64,000 bases of DNA from Isosphaera sp. (GCA_013822345.1 PNKH01000032.1:643-64642); one strand, 5' to 3'; positions 45,299 through 54,970 are shown, numbered from the stretch's first letter. Translations and numbers: made by a program. Notes: generated by a model not told the origin, from the letters alone.

Positions 45299-47277
45299 CA
45301 TCCCGCTGGACCCCGGTCCTCGCCCCGCCCGCGCTGCTCCTGATCGCCGCCGCCTGCGGGCTGGCCGGCTACCGGCTGACCGCCGCCATCGACTACCCGA
45401 TCTGGGCGATGGTTGTAGCCGGGGCGATCGCCGGGTACGCCGCCTGGACGGTCGGCGACGGCCGCTACTCCGACCTCCGCCAGCGGCAGCGGCAGGGCGG
45501 CCCGCCGTCGCTCGACGCCCTGGCCGGGCTGCTCGCCCGACTCGAACTGCTGTTCGCCTTGCAACTGCTGACGGCGGCCGCCGTGTACCGGCTCGCGGCC
45601 GGCGCCTGGCCGGACGGCCCGCTGGCCGCCTTCTTCCCGGACGGGCGGCCGGACCGCGGCACCGAACTGGCCGACCGGCTGGTCCGGGAGATGGGTCGGC
45701 TGGTTCCCGCCCTGCTCGCGGTCGGGGCGGTACAGCACGTGGCAAGCCGGTTGCTGTTCCCCGACCACCCGTTCGAGCCGTTCGCCCGCGGCCGCCAACT
45801 GTCCACCGCCGGGGCGGCCCGCCGGAAGGCCGACCGCGCCCGGCCGCCCGACGACCCCGGGCTGCCGTGGGGGGCGTGCCGGCTGCCGTCCGCGGCCGCC
45901 GTCCTGCACTGGCTGGTGGTCGGCACCACCGGGTCGGGCAAGACGCTCACCCTGCGGCTGCTCATGCAGGACGCCCTGCGGCTCATCACCCCCGGCTCGG
46001 ACGCCCGGGCTCTGGTGTACGACGCCAAGCGGGACGCCCTCCCGCTCCTGGCCGGGATGGGGCTGTCCTGCCCGGTCAAGACCCTCAACCCGCTGGACGA
46101 GCGGGGGGTGGCCTGGGCGATCGCCCGGGACTGCACCGCCCCGGCCACCGCCGTCCAGCTCGCCGAGGTGTTCGTCCCGGACCAGGACCGGGGCGACAAC
46201 GGCTTCTTCGCCAAGGCCGTCCGCGACCTCTTGTCCGGGGTGTTCACCGCCCTCGACCTGACGGCCCCGCGGGCCTGGACCCTGCGCGACGTGGTCCTGG
46301 CCATGACCTCGCCCCGGCTCCGGGAGCTGCTGGACCGGTTCGACGAAACCCGCGACCGGCTCCGGTACTTCGCCGACGACCGGACCCTGGCCAACATCAT
46401 GGCCACCGTCAGCACCGAACTGGCCCCATACCGGGCCGTCGCCGCCGCCTGGGACCGTGCCCCGAACGCCATCAGCCTGGCAGACTGGGTGCGGGGCGAG
46501 TTCGTCCTGGTCCTCGGCAACGACGAGTCCGTCCGGGCCCCGCTCGACGCCATCAACCGGGCGATCGTCCAGCGGGCCACCGAACTCCTCCTCAACCTGC
46601 CGGAGTCCTCGACCCGCCGGGTCTGGCTGTTCCTCGACGAGGTCCGGGAGGCCGGTCGGCTGGACGGCCTGCGGTCGCTGCTCAACAAGGGGCGGTCGAA
46701 GGGGGCGTGCGTGGTCCTCGGGTGCCAAGCCATTGAGGGGCTGTGGGCCGAGTACGGCAGGGACGAGGCGAACGAGATCGCTGGGGAGTGCAACCACGCC
46801 GCCTTCCTGCGGGTCGAGAGCCCGGAGACGGCCCGGTGGATGGCCGACCGGGTGGGCGAGTTCGAGCGGCGGGAGGTGAAGCCGGGCCAGGCCGGCGGGG
46901 CCGGCCAGACCTCGCTTAGTGAGGACACGGCCCGGCGGCCGGTGGTGCTGCCGTCGGAGTTCCAGGACCTGCCGGTGACCGACCGGGCCAACGGGCTGAC
47001 CGGCTACTACCTGAGCCCGGTCACCGGGGTCTACCGGCACACCACGCCGTCCGCCGACCTGACCGCCCGGTTGCTGCCGCCGGACGCCAACACGCCCGAC
47101 CACGTCCCGCGGCCGGCCGACGCCCAGTACCTGCGACCGTGGGACGCCGACGACCTACGCCGGCTCGGCTTCGCGGCGGAGCCGCCGCCGGTCCCGCCGC
47201 CCCCCGCCCCGACGCCCCAGCCCGACCCGAAACCGCGGCTGAAGGTCGTCAAGCGACAGACCACGGACCGGACGTAA
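45295..47277 (+). CDS. Type IV coupling protein (TrwB/TraD-like)
   Basis: N-terminal TMs; GTTGSGKT, VYDAK, NPLDERG..W, LFLDE, KGRSKG.CVVLG.Q; ATGA overlap with the relaxase stop. Confidence 0.9.
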   Translation: MTSRWTPVLAPPALLLIAAACGLAGYRLTAAIDYPIWAMVVAGAIAGYAAWTVGDGRYSDLRQRQRQGGPPSLDALAGLLARLELLFALQLLTAAAVYRLAAGAWPDGPLAAFFPDGRPDRGTELADRLVREMGRLVPALLAVGAVQHVASRLLFPDHPFEPFARGRQLSTAGAARRKADRARPPDDPGLPWGACRLPSAAAVLHWLVVGTTGSGKTLTLRLLMQDALRLITPGSDARALVYDAKRDALPLLAGMGLSCPVKTLNPLDERGVAWAIARDCTAPATAVQLAEVFVPDQDRGDNGFFAKAVRDLLSGVFTALDLTAPRAWTLRDVVLAMTSPRLRELLDRFDETRDRLRYFADDRTLANIMATVSTELAPYRAVAAAWDRAPNAISLADWVRGEFVLVLGNDESVRAPLDAINRAIVQRATELLLNLPESSTRRVWLFLDEVREAGRLDGLRSLLNKGRSKGACVVLGCQAIEGLWAEYGRDEANEIAGECNHAAFLRVESPETARWMADRVGEFERREVKPGQAGGAGQTSLSEDTARRPVVLPSEFQDLPVTDRANGLTGYYLSPVTGVYRHTTPSADLTARLLPPDANTPDHVPRPADAQYLRPWDADDLRRLGFAAEPPPVPPPPAPTPQPDPKPRLKVVKRQTTDRT

Positions 47278-47375
47278 TCGACCCCGCCCGTTAGACCGGG
47301 CAAGTGGTCCGGCCGACGAATGCCCACAGTTCGGCGACTGGCGGCCCCGGTCGTGACCTTCGACGAGGACCGACG

Positions 47376-48161
47376 ATGTCGAGAAAAACCAGCCTCCCGC
47401 CCGTAGCGCGACGGCTGACGGCGACCTGTGAGACGATGACCTTCGTCCTCGGGGGGGTGCGGGTGACGGTGACCGCCAGCCGCCGCTCGGATCCCGCCGT
47501 CATCGTTCGGTCGTTTCGAGCGATCACCGAATTCGTGGACCCCGACCAGCCGCGGTTCGGGAACGGCCGTGACGTCCGTTTCGACAGCCTTCCTCATTCC
47601 GGGCTGACGATCCAGCGGCGCGAGGGTCCATACCTGAGCGGCCGTGACATCCTTCGCGCCCTGAACGCGGCCGCCGACCGGGTGGAAACCGAGAGGTTTC
47701 CCGAACCGCCGCGTCCGCGGACGTTCCCACCCGCCGTGCAAACCGACCCCATCCGGTTCGGCGCGGAAACGTTGCACTGGCGGGAGTTCGAGCAGCGGGT
47801 GGTGGCGCAAAGTGACGTGTCCCTCGCTTGGGACGACGCGCTGGCCGACGGCTTCAACCGCTACTTCTGCGACCGGGTGGCGGGGTGCCCGCCCAAGCCG
47901 ATTGTCTTCGACTTCCGCCCGGGCACCCGGTCGCTCCTCGGCGTCCACTGCCGCGACCGCATCCGGCTGCGGGCCGACATCCCCGACGACGAAAAGTGGC
48001 GGACGCTGTTCCACGAACTCGCCCACTACCGCGTGCGGCATCACCGCCGCACCTTCGTCCGCGAACTCGCACTCGTGTACCGCACCTGGATCGCCTTCCG
48101 ATCCGCCCCCGAGGCCGAGTCCTCCCCGAAGCACCCGACCGACAACCCCACACCACGGTGA
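47376..48161 (+). CDS. HExxH zinc-metallopeptidase-like protein (YgjP/SprT-like C-terminus)
   Basis: TLFHELAHYRVRHHRRTF. Confidence 0.55.
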   Translation: MSRKTSLPPVARRLTATCETMTFVLGGVRVTVTASRRSDPAVIVRSFRAITEFVDPDQPRFGNGRDVRFDSLPHSGLTIQRREGPYLSGRDILRALNAAADRVETERFPEPPRPRTFPPAVQTDPIRFGAETLHWREFEQRVVAQSDVSLAWDDALADGFNRYFCDRVAGCPPKPIVFDFRPGTRSLLGVHCRDRIRLRADIPDDEKWRTLFHELAHYRVRHHRRTFVRELALVYRTWIAFRSAPEAESSPKHPTDNPTPR

Positions 48162-48164
48162 CCG

Positions 48165-48605
48165 ATGGAGATCATTCACCAACGCCCGGCGGGGTGGCCG
48201 ACCGTGGTCGGAGGCGGTGGCAACGCCCTCCCGTGCGGCACGCGGGCGGTGCCGGCACGGCCGCCTGCCGCCCCCTTGAGTGCCGCCGTCCGACCCAGGC
48301 CGAACAAAGCGAGCGCGGCGGCCCCGCCACAAACCGGTGACTGTTTCGTGGTCGTCAACTGCCGCGGGCAATGCTGGGACGGGGCGACGTGGGTTGACCG
48401 CTGGGACAAGGCGCTCCAGTTCCGCCGCCCGTCTTCTGCTTACGAGCTGTGCGACAGCGCCGCCCGCGAGGCGGAGCGGATGACCGGCGTGGCCGGCATG
48501 GTGAGCTACATCCCGCCCGGCACGCCGCCGGTGTCCCTGGCCCCCTTCCCCGACCTATCTCAAGTCGACTTGCGGGACTTCGCCCTCAAGCCCGAGGTGT
48601 GCTGA
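48165..48605 (+). CDS. Hypothetical protein convergent on the integrase
   Basis: The C-terminal half (CFVVVNCRGQCWDG...) reads as coding; start uncertain. Confidence 0.45.
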   Translation: MEIIHQRPAGWPTVVGGGGNALPCGTRAVPARPPAAPLSAAVRPRPNKASAAAPPQTGDCFVVVNCRGQCWDGATWVDRWDKALQFRRPSSAYELCDSAAREAERMTGVAGMVSYIPPGTPPVSLAPFPDLSQVDLRDFALKPEVC

Positions 48606-50173
48606 ATCGCCAGCTTCTTGATCGTCCCGTTCCGGAGGTGAATCTGAACCTGGGCGACGCGGCTCATGTGGGTCACGCGGGTGATGTGGACCCAGATTTC
48701 GCTGACCACGCTACGGACCTTCGCCTTCAGCTTCCGCCGCACCTCTTTCAGTTCGTCGCCCCTCACCGATCCGAGCAAGCCGAGTAACGACTGCACTTCG
48801 CCGAGGTTGACCGCCTTGCAACTCGCGGCGTCGGCCTTCAACTCCTCCAGGCGGCGGACCGTCTCCCGCTTGGTCTTGTGCAACGTCTTGAGCAGCCCGA
48901 CGTAGACTTCCGGTGTTTCTTCTTCCGGGTCCGACGCCTTCTGCTCGGCGTCCTGGATGCGGTGGTCGAGCACGACCAACTTGCCGGTGAGGTCGGCGAT
49001 CTCTGCCTCACGCTCGTCACCCTCCTCTTCTCCTCCGAGGACATCGGCGGCTGTCAGTTCGGAGAGGGCCTGGAGGACGGCCTGCTCGAATGGCGGGTAG
49101 GGGAACGACAACCCTTTTCCCCGGCGCGTCGATCCGTTTGCCGTCGCCCCGGAAGTGAGGTAGCGGTACGGCCGCGTTTCCCCGCCGGCGGTGGTCGCCT
49201 GCCGGAACGTGTGGACCGACATCGTGGTCCGGTCCTCGGCGTGGAAGACGATCCCGGTGAACAGGTTCGTCTCGAACTCGCCCGGCCTTCCCATCACGCG
49301 GAACCTCGCCTTCATCCCGGCCTGGACCTGGAAGAACAGTTCCTCACTGATGACCGGCGGGAAATAGTTCTTGATCGGCTGGCCACAATCGACCCGCTTG
49401 TTCCCCTCTTCCCGCATCTGGGGTTGGAACTCTCCGAACGTCGCCCGGTTGGACAGGATCTGGAGGACGTAGGAATCACGCCACCGCCCGGAATCGCCGA
49501 ACGGCGGGTGCTTCTTCGGGTTGGCGACCAAGTAGTTCAGGATGCGTTGTACCCCCATGCCCTCGGCACTCAACCGGAAGATTTCGCGGACGGTCGCCGC
49601 CCGGTCGGGGATGAGCTTGTAGCCCTTCTCGGTCAGTTCCAACCAGCGAGGGGCCATCCTGGTCATCGGCAGCCCTTGTGTCGCCGCCCGCTCCTTCTTC
49701 TTGGCCCAGGCGTCTTTCAACCGGAACGACTTCGTGGCCGACTCCTCGTGGGCACGGCTCATGTAGATGAGCGGTTCCAGAAGGGCGGCGATGTCGTTGA
49801 TCGAGTCCTGCGTGTACGTCCGCCGCGGTTCGCGGGTGACTATCGAGACCCCGCTGTTTAGGATGGAAATGAAGAGCTGGAGCGCCGCGCCGACCTTGTT
49901 CCGCGAGAGCCGGTCGATGCTCTCAATGATCAGGACCGATCCCCTCAGCACCCGTCCGGTGCGGATCGCCTCCAGGAACTCGGCGAGGGCACCGACCTTG
50001 GCGTTGTTGCCCCGAAAGGCCGAGACGCCGAGATCGTTCAGTGTCAAGGTCTCGTCGAGCACCCAACCGTTCTCGCGGCAGACTTCGACGGCGAACTCGG
50101 CCTGGCGGCGGAACGATTCGCCCCTCTGCTGCTTTTTGGACGAGAATCGGATGTAGGAGAACGCTCGTGACAT
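48560..50173 (-). CDS. Large serine recombinase (integrase)
   Basis: YIRFSS catalytic motif, GESFRRQ, GVSAF, IESIDRLSR, recombinase domain, long coiled coil. Confidence 0.93.
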   Translation of the reverse strand: MSRAFSYIRFSSKKQQRGESFRRQAEFAVEVCRENGWVLDETLTLNDLGVSAFRGNNAKVGALAEFLEAIRTGRVLRGSVLIIESIDRLSRNKVGAALQLFISILNSGVSIVTREPRRTYTQDSINDIAALLEPLIYMSRAHEESATKSFRLKDAWAKKKERAATQGLPMTRMAPRWLELTEKGYKLIPDRAATVREIFRLSAEGMGVQRILNYLVANPKKHPPFGDSGRWRDSYVLQILSNRATFGEFQPQMREEGNKRVDCGQPIKNYFPPVISEELFFQVQAGMKARFRVMGRPGEFETNLFTGIVFHAEDRTTMSVHTFRQATTAGGETRPYRYLTSGATANGSTRRGKGLSFPYPPFEQAVLQALSELTAADVLGGEEEGDEREAEIADLTGKLVVLDHRIQDAEQKASDPEEETPEVYVGLLKTLHKTKRETVRRLEELKADAASCKAVNLGEVQSLLGLLGSVRGDELKEVRRKLKAKVRSVVSEIWVHITRVTHMSRVAQVQIHLRNGTIKKLAIQHTSGLRAKSRKST

Positions 50174-50238
50174 GGGAGCTTCCGTGCTTTTGCGGCGAAC
50201 GACCATGACGGCACCTCGACCCGTGGGAAGTTTATGGT

Positions 50239-50275
50239 ATTATATGCAAAGTGGCCAGCCGTTCGACATCGCGAC
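50239..50275. other. Putative att junction of the island
   Basis: AT-rich element sequence switches at about 50259 into ccgttcgacatcgcgacgtgc (PFDIATC of YgiQ). Confidence 0.65.
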
Positions 50276-50642
50276 GTGCATGTACTACACCGGGATCGAC
50301 CCGTTCACGAACAAGCCGGTGAAGACGGCGAAGAACCTCGGCGACCGGAAGCTGCAGCGGGCGCTGATGCAGTTCTTCAAGCCGGAGAACTACTTCGCGG
50401 TGCGGGAGGCGCTGGTGAAGGCCGGCCGGGGCGACCTGATCGGCGGGTGCGACGGGCTGATCCCGTCCGACCCGCCGAAGGACGCGATCGAGGCCCGCCG
50501 GCGGTCGGCGAACAGCCCCGACCACTACCACGCCGTCCCGAAGACGGCCGCGAAGACTGGTTACCGCCCGAACCGCCCGACGCAGACCCGCCGAACGAAG
50601 CCGGGCCGCGGCCCGAACCCGTCCCCCCCGACCGGAGGCTAA
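50259..50642 (+). pseudogene. ygiQ: 3' remnant of a YgiQ-family radical SAM gene (DUF3362-like C-terminal domain)
   Basis: PFDIATCMYYTGIDP...RKLQRALMQFFKPENY..VREAL.KAGR.DLIG; the whole radical SAM core is missing. Confidence 0.8.
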
Positions 50643-50644
50643 CG

Positions 50645-51133
50645 ATGGCCGACGACAACCCGCTGACGGTGTTCGTGGCCGAGAACGCGCAGGTCGCGGA
50701 CGCGGTCATCGGCCTGCTGGCCGGGGCCGGGATCCCGGCGGACGCGGTCGTCCCCCCGGCGGAAGCGTCGTCCGACCCGCTCACCGGGGCGTCGGAGGTG
50801 GTGTGGCGGCGGAACGAGTTCGAGGTCCGGGTCCGGGACGGGGCGCAGGCCGGGGCGGCGAAGGAGTTGCTCGACGGGGCACTGGCGGCGGCGGCGGTGC
50901 GGGCGGTGCGGGAGCGGCGGGCCGGGCGGACCGGGACGGTGGCGGCGGTGTGCGAGGAGTGCGGGGCGGCGTCGGAGTGGGCGGCGGCCGAGATGGGGAC
51001 GACGCAGGACTGCCCGCACTGCGGGGCGTACATGGACATCCCGGACCCGGACGACGACTGGTCAGGCGTGGACACCGGGGCGGACGACGAGGAAGATGGT
51101 GACGGCCCGGAACCGGAGGAGGGGAAGACGTGA
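50645..51133 (+). CDS. Hypothetical protein with C-terminal zinc ribbon
   Basis: GGAGG RBS; CEECG...CPHCG; acidic tail. Confidence 0.75.
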   Translation: MADDNPLTVFVAENAQVADAVIGLLAGAGIPADAVVPPAEASSDPLTGASEVVWRRNEFEVRVRDGAQAGAAKELLDGALAAAAVRAVRERRAGRTGTVAAVCEECGAASEWAAAEMGTTQDCPHCGAYMDIPDPDDDWSGVDTGADDEEDGDGPEPEEGKT

Positions 51134-51555
51134 CTGCGACCGCGACCACCCGGGTGGAGATCGACGACGCGATCCGCGCGAACCCGGGCATGCTCCGGGC
51201 GGCGGACGAGGCGACGGCGCACGTCCTCAAGCTGGTCGGGAATCTCACCCCGATCGGGGTGATCCGGTGGCGGGTCGCGCCGCACGACCCGGAGTTCATC
51301 GAGCTGAGGATGATCGAGACCCCAGAACTCGGCGGGGCCGTCGCCACCCACACCTTCCCCGCCCGATACTTGAACGACCCGGTCAGCCGCGACACCGCGG
51401 CCCGCCGCCCGTTCGGCGATCTACTCGAGAAGCGGTCGGCGGCGAACATGGCCCGGATCGACCAGCTCATCCGGGGCATGGATTTCGAAGCCCTCCAGGC
51501 CGCTTACGACGCGATCCGGAACCGGGCCCAGACCGGCACCACCCCGCAGGAGTAG
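51130..51555 (+). CDS. Hypothetical protein
   Basis: GTGA overlap with the previous gene; coding-like codon usage. Confidence 0.6.
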   Translation: MTATATTRVEIDDAIRANPGMLRAADEATAHVLKLVGNLTPIGVIRWRVAPHDPEFIELRMIETPELGGAVATHTFPARYLNDPVSRDTAARRPFGDLLEKRSAANMARIDQLIRGMDFEALQAAYDAIRNRAQTGTTPQE

Positions 51556-51557
51556 CA

Positions 51558-51893
51558 ATGGCAGGCAAGACGCCCACCGAACTCAACGACCTCATCGCCG
51601 GGCTGCGGACCGAGTTGGAGGTGCTGGCCGGGGAGGTCCGGGGCCTCCGGGCGGACTTCGACCGGAACGACCTGAACCAGCTCCGCGAGCGCCTGGTCAA
51701 GCTCGAAGCCGTCCTCCAGGCGGTCAACGTTCCGGCCCTACTCTTGCAACTCGGGGTGCTCCAGGAGCAGATCGCAGAACTACGGAAGTGGCGGGAGGAG
51801 GCCGACCGGCGGCGGTGGCAGGTGCTCATGCTGTTCGCCGGGTCGCTCCTCACCCTCCTCGTCCAGGTCGCCCTGCTCGCGGTCAAGAAGTAG
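51558..51893 (+). CDS. Coiled-coil protein with C-terminal TM
   Basis: AGGAG RBS; heptad-rich sequence, then WQVLMLFAGSLLTLLVQVALL. Confidence 0.65.
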   Translation: MAGKTPTELNDLIAGLRTELEVLAGEVRGLRADFDRNDLNQLRERLVKLEAVLQAVNVPALLLQLGVLQEQIAELRKWREEADRRRWQVLMLFAGSLLTLLVQVALLAVKK

Positions 51894-51895
51894 CC

Positions 51896-52870
51896 ATGCC
51901 CGCCGCCCTCCCCCCGTTCGCCGTCTCCCCCCAAGAGGCCGGCCACACCCTCGCCAAGGTCCTCCGCTCGCGCCTCGGTGGGCCGTCCTGGGCCGACGTC
52001 CGGAAGCTGATCGCCGCCCGCCGGGTCAAGGTCGGCGACGCCGTCTGCTCGGACGACGCCCGCCGGCTCAAGGAGGGCGAGGTCGTCGTCCTCCTCGAGC
52101 ACCCCAAGCCGCTCCCGAAGGCCGCCCACCCCGACCGCCTCCCCGTCCGCCACCTCGACGAACACGTCGTCGTGGTCGAGAAGCCGGCCGGGGTGAACAC
52201 CGTCCGCCACCCGGCCGAGCTGGAGTGGTCCGAGCAGCGGCGCGAGCTCGACCCCACCCTCGAAGACCTCACCCAGTGGGTCGTCGCGAAGCAACTCGGC
52301 CGGCCGGCCCGCGACCTCCCGCGCCTCCGCATCGTCCACCGCCTCGACAAGGAGACGAGCGGGCTGGTCGTGTTCGCCCGGTCGGTCCTCGCCGAGCGCG
52401 AACTCGGCCTCCAGTTCCGCAAGCACACCGTCGTCCGCCGCTACCTGGCCGTCGTCCCGGGCTACCTCTCGCCGCGGACGATCCGGTCCCGCCTCGTCCC
52501 GGACCGCGGCGACGGGCGGCGCGGCAGCACCCCGCACCCGACCCAGGGGAAGGAGGCCGTCACCCACGTCGCGGTGGAGGAGCGGTTGCCGGGGTACACG
52601 GTGTTGTCGTGCCGGCTGGAGACCGGGCGGACGCACCAGATCCGCATCCACCTCGCGGAGGCCGGGCACCCGGTGTGCGGCGACAAGGTGTACGTCAAGA
52701 AGCGCGACGGCACGATGTTCGACGACGCGAGCGGGGCGCCGCGGCTCGCCCTGCACGCGACCGAGCTGGGGTTCGCCCACCCGGCGTCCGGGGCGGGCCT
52801 CCACTGGGCGATGCCGCTGCCCGGCGACCTGGCGAGGTTCGTGGACGGGTTGCGGAACCGCCCCGCGTAG
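51896..52870 (+). CDS. RluA-family pseudouridine synthase
   Basis: S4-like N-terminus; VEKPAG, IVHRLDKETSG, GRTHQIR, LALHA. Confidence 0.92.
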   Translation: MPAALPPFAVSPQEAGHTLAKVLRSRLGGPSWADVRKLIAARRVKVGDAVCSDDARRLKEGEVVVLLEHPKPLPKAAHPDRLPVRHLDEHVVVVEKPAGVNTVRHPAELEWSEQRRELDPTLEDLTQWVVAKQLGRPARDLPRLRIVHRLDKETSGLVVFARSVLAERELGLQFRKHTVVRRYLAVVPGYLSPRTIRSRLVPDRGDGRRGSTPHPTQGKEAVTHVAVEERLPGYTVLSCRLETGRTHQIRIHLAEAGHPVCGDKVYVKKRDGTMFDDASGAPRLALHATELGFAHPASGAGLHWAMPLPGDLARFVDGLRNRPA

Positions 52871-52890
52871 CCGCGACGCGGGTGCCGGGG

Positions 52891-54843
52891 TCACTTCTTC
52901 AGCTCGTACTTCTCGATCTTCCGGTCCAGCGTGGACCGCTCGATCCCGAGGATCGCGGCCGCCTTCGACTTGTTCCAGTCGGTGTGCTTGAGCGTCTCCA
53001 GGATGTGCCGCTTCTCCACCTCGTCGAGCAGCTCCGGGCGGTACGCCGCCGGGCACGGGCCGGCCGCCGCCGGCCCCCCGCCGTCCAGTCCGTAGATCAG
53101 GATGTCGGCCGCGTCGAGGACCGGCCCGGTCCCGAGCGCCACCGCCCCCTCGACCGCGTTCCGCAGCTCCCGCACGTTCCCCGGCCACCGGTGCGCCCCG
53201 AGCTTCTCCAGCGCCGCCGCGGTGAACCCCTTCAGCTTCCGCCCCGTCTCCCGGACGAACTTCTTCAGGAAGTGCTCGGCCAACAGCGGGATGTCGGACT
53301 GCCGGTCCCGCAGCGGCGGGACGGTGAGCTGGACCACCTGCAGGCGGTAGAACAGGTCGAGCCGGAACGTCCCGGCCCGGACCGCCTCCTCCAGCGCCCG
53401 GTTGGTCGCCGCCACCACCCGCACGTCCGCCTTGATCGGGGTGTTCCCGCCGACCCGCTCGAACGGGTGGCCCTCCAGCACCCGCAGGAACTTCGTCTGG
53501 GTGGACAGGGCCATCTCCCCGATCTCGTCCAGGAAGATCGTCCCGCCGTCGGCCGCCTCGAACTTCCCGGCCATCCGCTCGGTCGCCCCGGTGAACGCCC
53601 CCTTCTCGTGCCCGAACAGCTCGCTCTCCAGGAGCGTCTCGGTCAGGGCGGCGCAGTTCAGGCAGACGAACGGCCCGTCCCGCCGCGGGCTGCCGGCGTG
53701 GATCGCCCGGGCCACCAGCTCCTTCCCGCTCCCGCTCTCCCCGCGGATCAGCACCGTCGCCTTCGTCTCCGCCACCTTCCGCGCCTGCTCGACGACCGCG
53801 TTCAGGGCCGGGCTCTCGCCGACGATCTGCGACTCGACCTTGAGCTGGTCCCGGAGGCTCTTCACCTCGACCGTCAGGGTGGCCGCCCGGCGGAGCCGGT
53901 GCCACACCGCCCCGAGCTGGCGGGCCACCGCCAGGGTGAACTCCAGGTCGTCCGGGTTGAGCGGCAGGTGCGGGGTCGCCCGGTACAGGTGCAGCAGCCC
54001 GAGCACCTGGTTGTCGAACACGATCGGGGCGCAGATCAGGCTCGCCACCTTCAGCTCGGTGATGCTGTCCCGGTTCTTCAGGGCGGCGTCCGCGGCCACG
54101 TTCTCGGCCAGGATCGCCTGCCGGGACGACAGCACCTCGTGGCTGACGTAGTTCGACACCTTGTGGTACGTCCGGGCGACCGGCCCGCGGGTCCGGTGGA
54201 CGACCGGGGCCGGCTCCTTCCCGTCCTTCAGGGACAGGACCGCGGCCACGTCCGCCGGGGTCGCCCGGAACACCGCGTCGACGACCAGGTCGCACAGGGC
54301 CGGGACGTCGGCCGCCCCGGCCATGTCCAGGGCCAGCCGGTACAGGACGGCCACCGCCTGGGCCGGGGTGGCCCGCGGCTCGCTCCGGGTGTCCTCCTCC
54401 CCGGCCGGGGCCGGCGGGTGGTACCGGGTCTGCCCGAGCCGCTTGCGGATCTCGAGCCCCTCGGCCCGCTCCGCCGCCGGGGCCGGGGCCGGCTGCATCC
54501 CGACGGCCGACCGCGGGGCCTCCGGCAGCTGCCCCATCTCGTCCACGTAGACCAGCCGGGTCCGCCCGACCCGCAGCTCGTCCAGCGGGCGGAGCGACCG
54601 CTCCCCCTTCACCGCCTCCCCGTTGACGTGCGTCCCGTTCAGGCTCCCGAGGTCGCGGACGAGCCACGCCCCGGCGTCCGGGAACACCTCGGCGTGCTCC
54701 CGGCTGCACAGGTCGTCCCGGACGATCACCTTGCTGGTCGGGGCCCGGCCGAGGGTGTACCGGTTCCCCGGGTGAAGGGGGGTGATGTCGCCGAACCCGT
54801 CCGGCCGGCGCGCGACCAGGAAGCCTGTCGGGGGCGGGGGCAT
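52891..54843 (-). CDS. FHA-GAF sigma-54-dependent transcriptional activator
   Basis: FHA (LGR...SREHA...DLGSLNGT), GAF, GESGSGKE, ESELFGHEKGAFTGA, WPGNVREL, Fis HTH. Confidence 0.92.
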   Translation of the reverse strand: MPPPPTGFLVARRPDGFGDITPLHPGNRYTLGRAPTSKVIVRDDLCSREHAEVFPDAGAWLVRDLGSLNGTHVNGEAVKGERSLRPLDELRVGRTRLVYVDEMGQLPEAPRSAVGMQPAPAPAAERAEGLEIRKRLGQTRYHPPAPAGEEDTRSEPRATPAQAVAVLYRLALDMAGAADVPALCDLVVDAVFRATPADVAAVLSLKDGKEPAPVVHRTRGPVARTYHKVSNYVSHEVLSSRQAILAENVAADAALKNRDSITELKVASLICAPIVFDNQVLGLLHLYRATPHLPLNPDDLEFTLAVARQLGAVWHRLRRAATLTVEVKSLRDQLKVESQIVGESPALNAVVEQARKVAETKATVLIRGESGSGKELVARAIHAGSPRRDGPFVCLNCAALTETLLESELFGHEKGAFTGATERMAGKFEAADGGTIFLDEIGEMALSTQTKFLRVLEGHPFERVGGNTPIKADVRVVAATNRALEEAVRAGTFRLDLFYRLQVVQLTVPPLRDRQSDIPLLAEHFLKKFVRETGRKLKGFTAAALEKLGAHRWPGNVRELRNAVEGAVALGTGPVLDAADILIYGLDGGGPAAAGPCPAAYRPELLDEVEKRHILETLKHTDWNKSKAAAILGIERSTLDRKIEKYELKK

Positions 54844-54970
54844 GGGGGCGCGAGGTTGGACGCGGGGCGAGCCACACCCCACCATACGGGGCGGCCGGGG
54901 TCCGGGGCAACCCGGAACGGCCGCCGCCGGCGGGTTTCCCGGCCGGTGTCACCCGGGACCCGGGACAACG

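Larger units (their letters stand above)
1..50258. mobile_element. Integrated mobilizable plasmid-like genomic island (left end outside window)
   Basis: Terminal large serine recombinase abuts a 5'-truncated ygiQ-like gene. The interval holds rep, parA, parB, relaxase, coupling protein and metal-resistance cargo. Housekeeping genes begin just to the right. Confidence 0.85.

Noticed and set aside
50172-50258. N-terminal extension of the 156-aa ORF 50172-50642 as a full gene
   Set aside because: The first about 24 codons are integrase upstream/att DNA; similarity to YgiQ starts only at 50259
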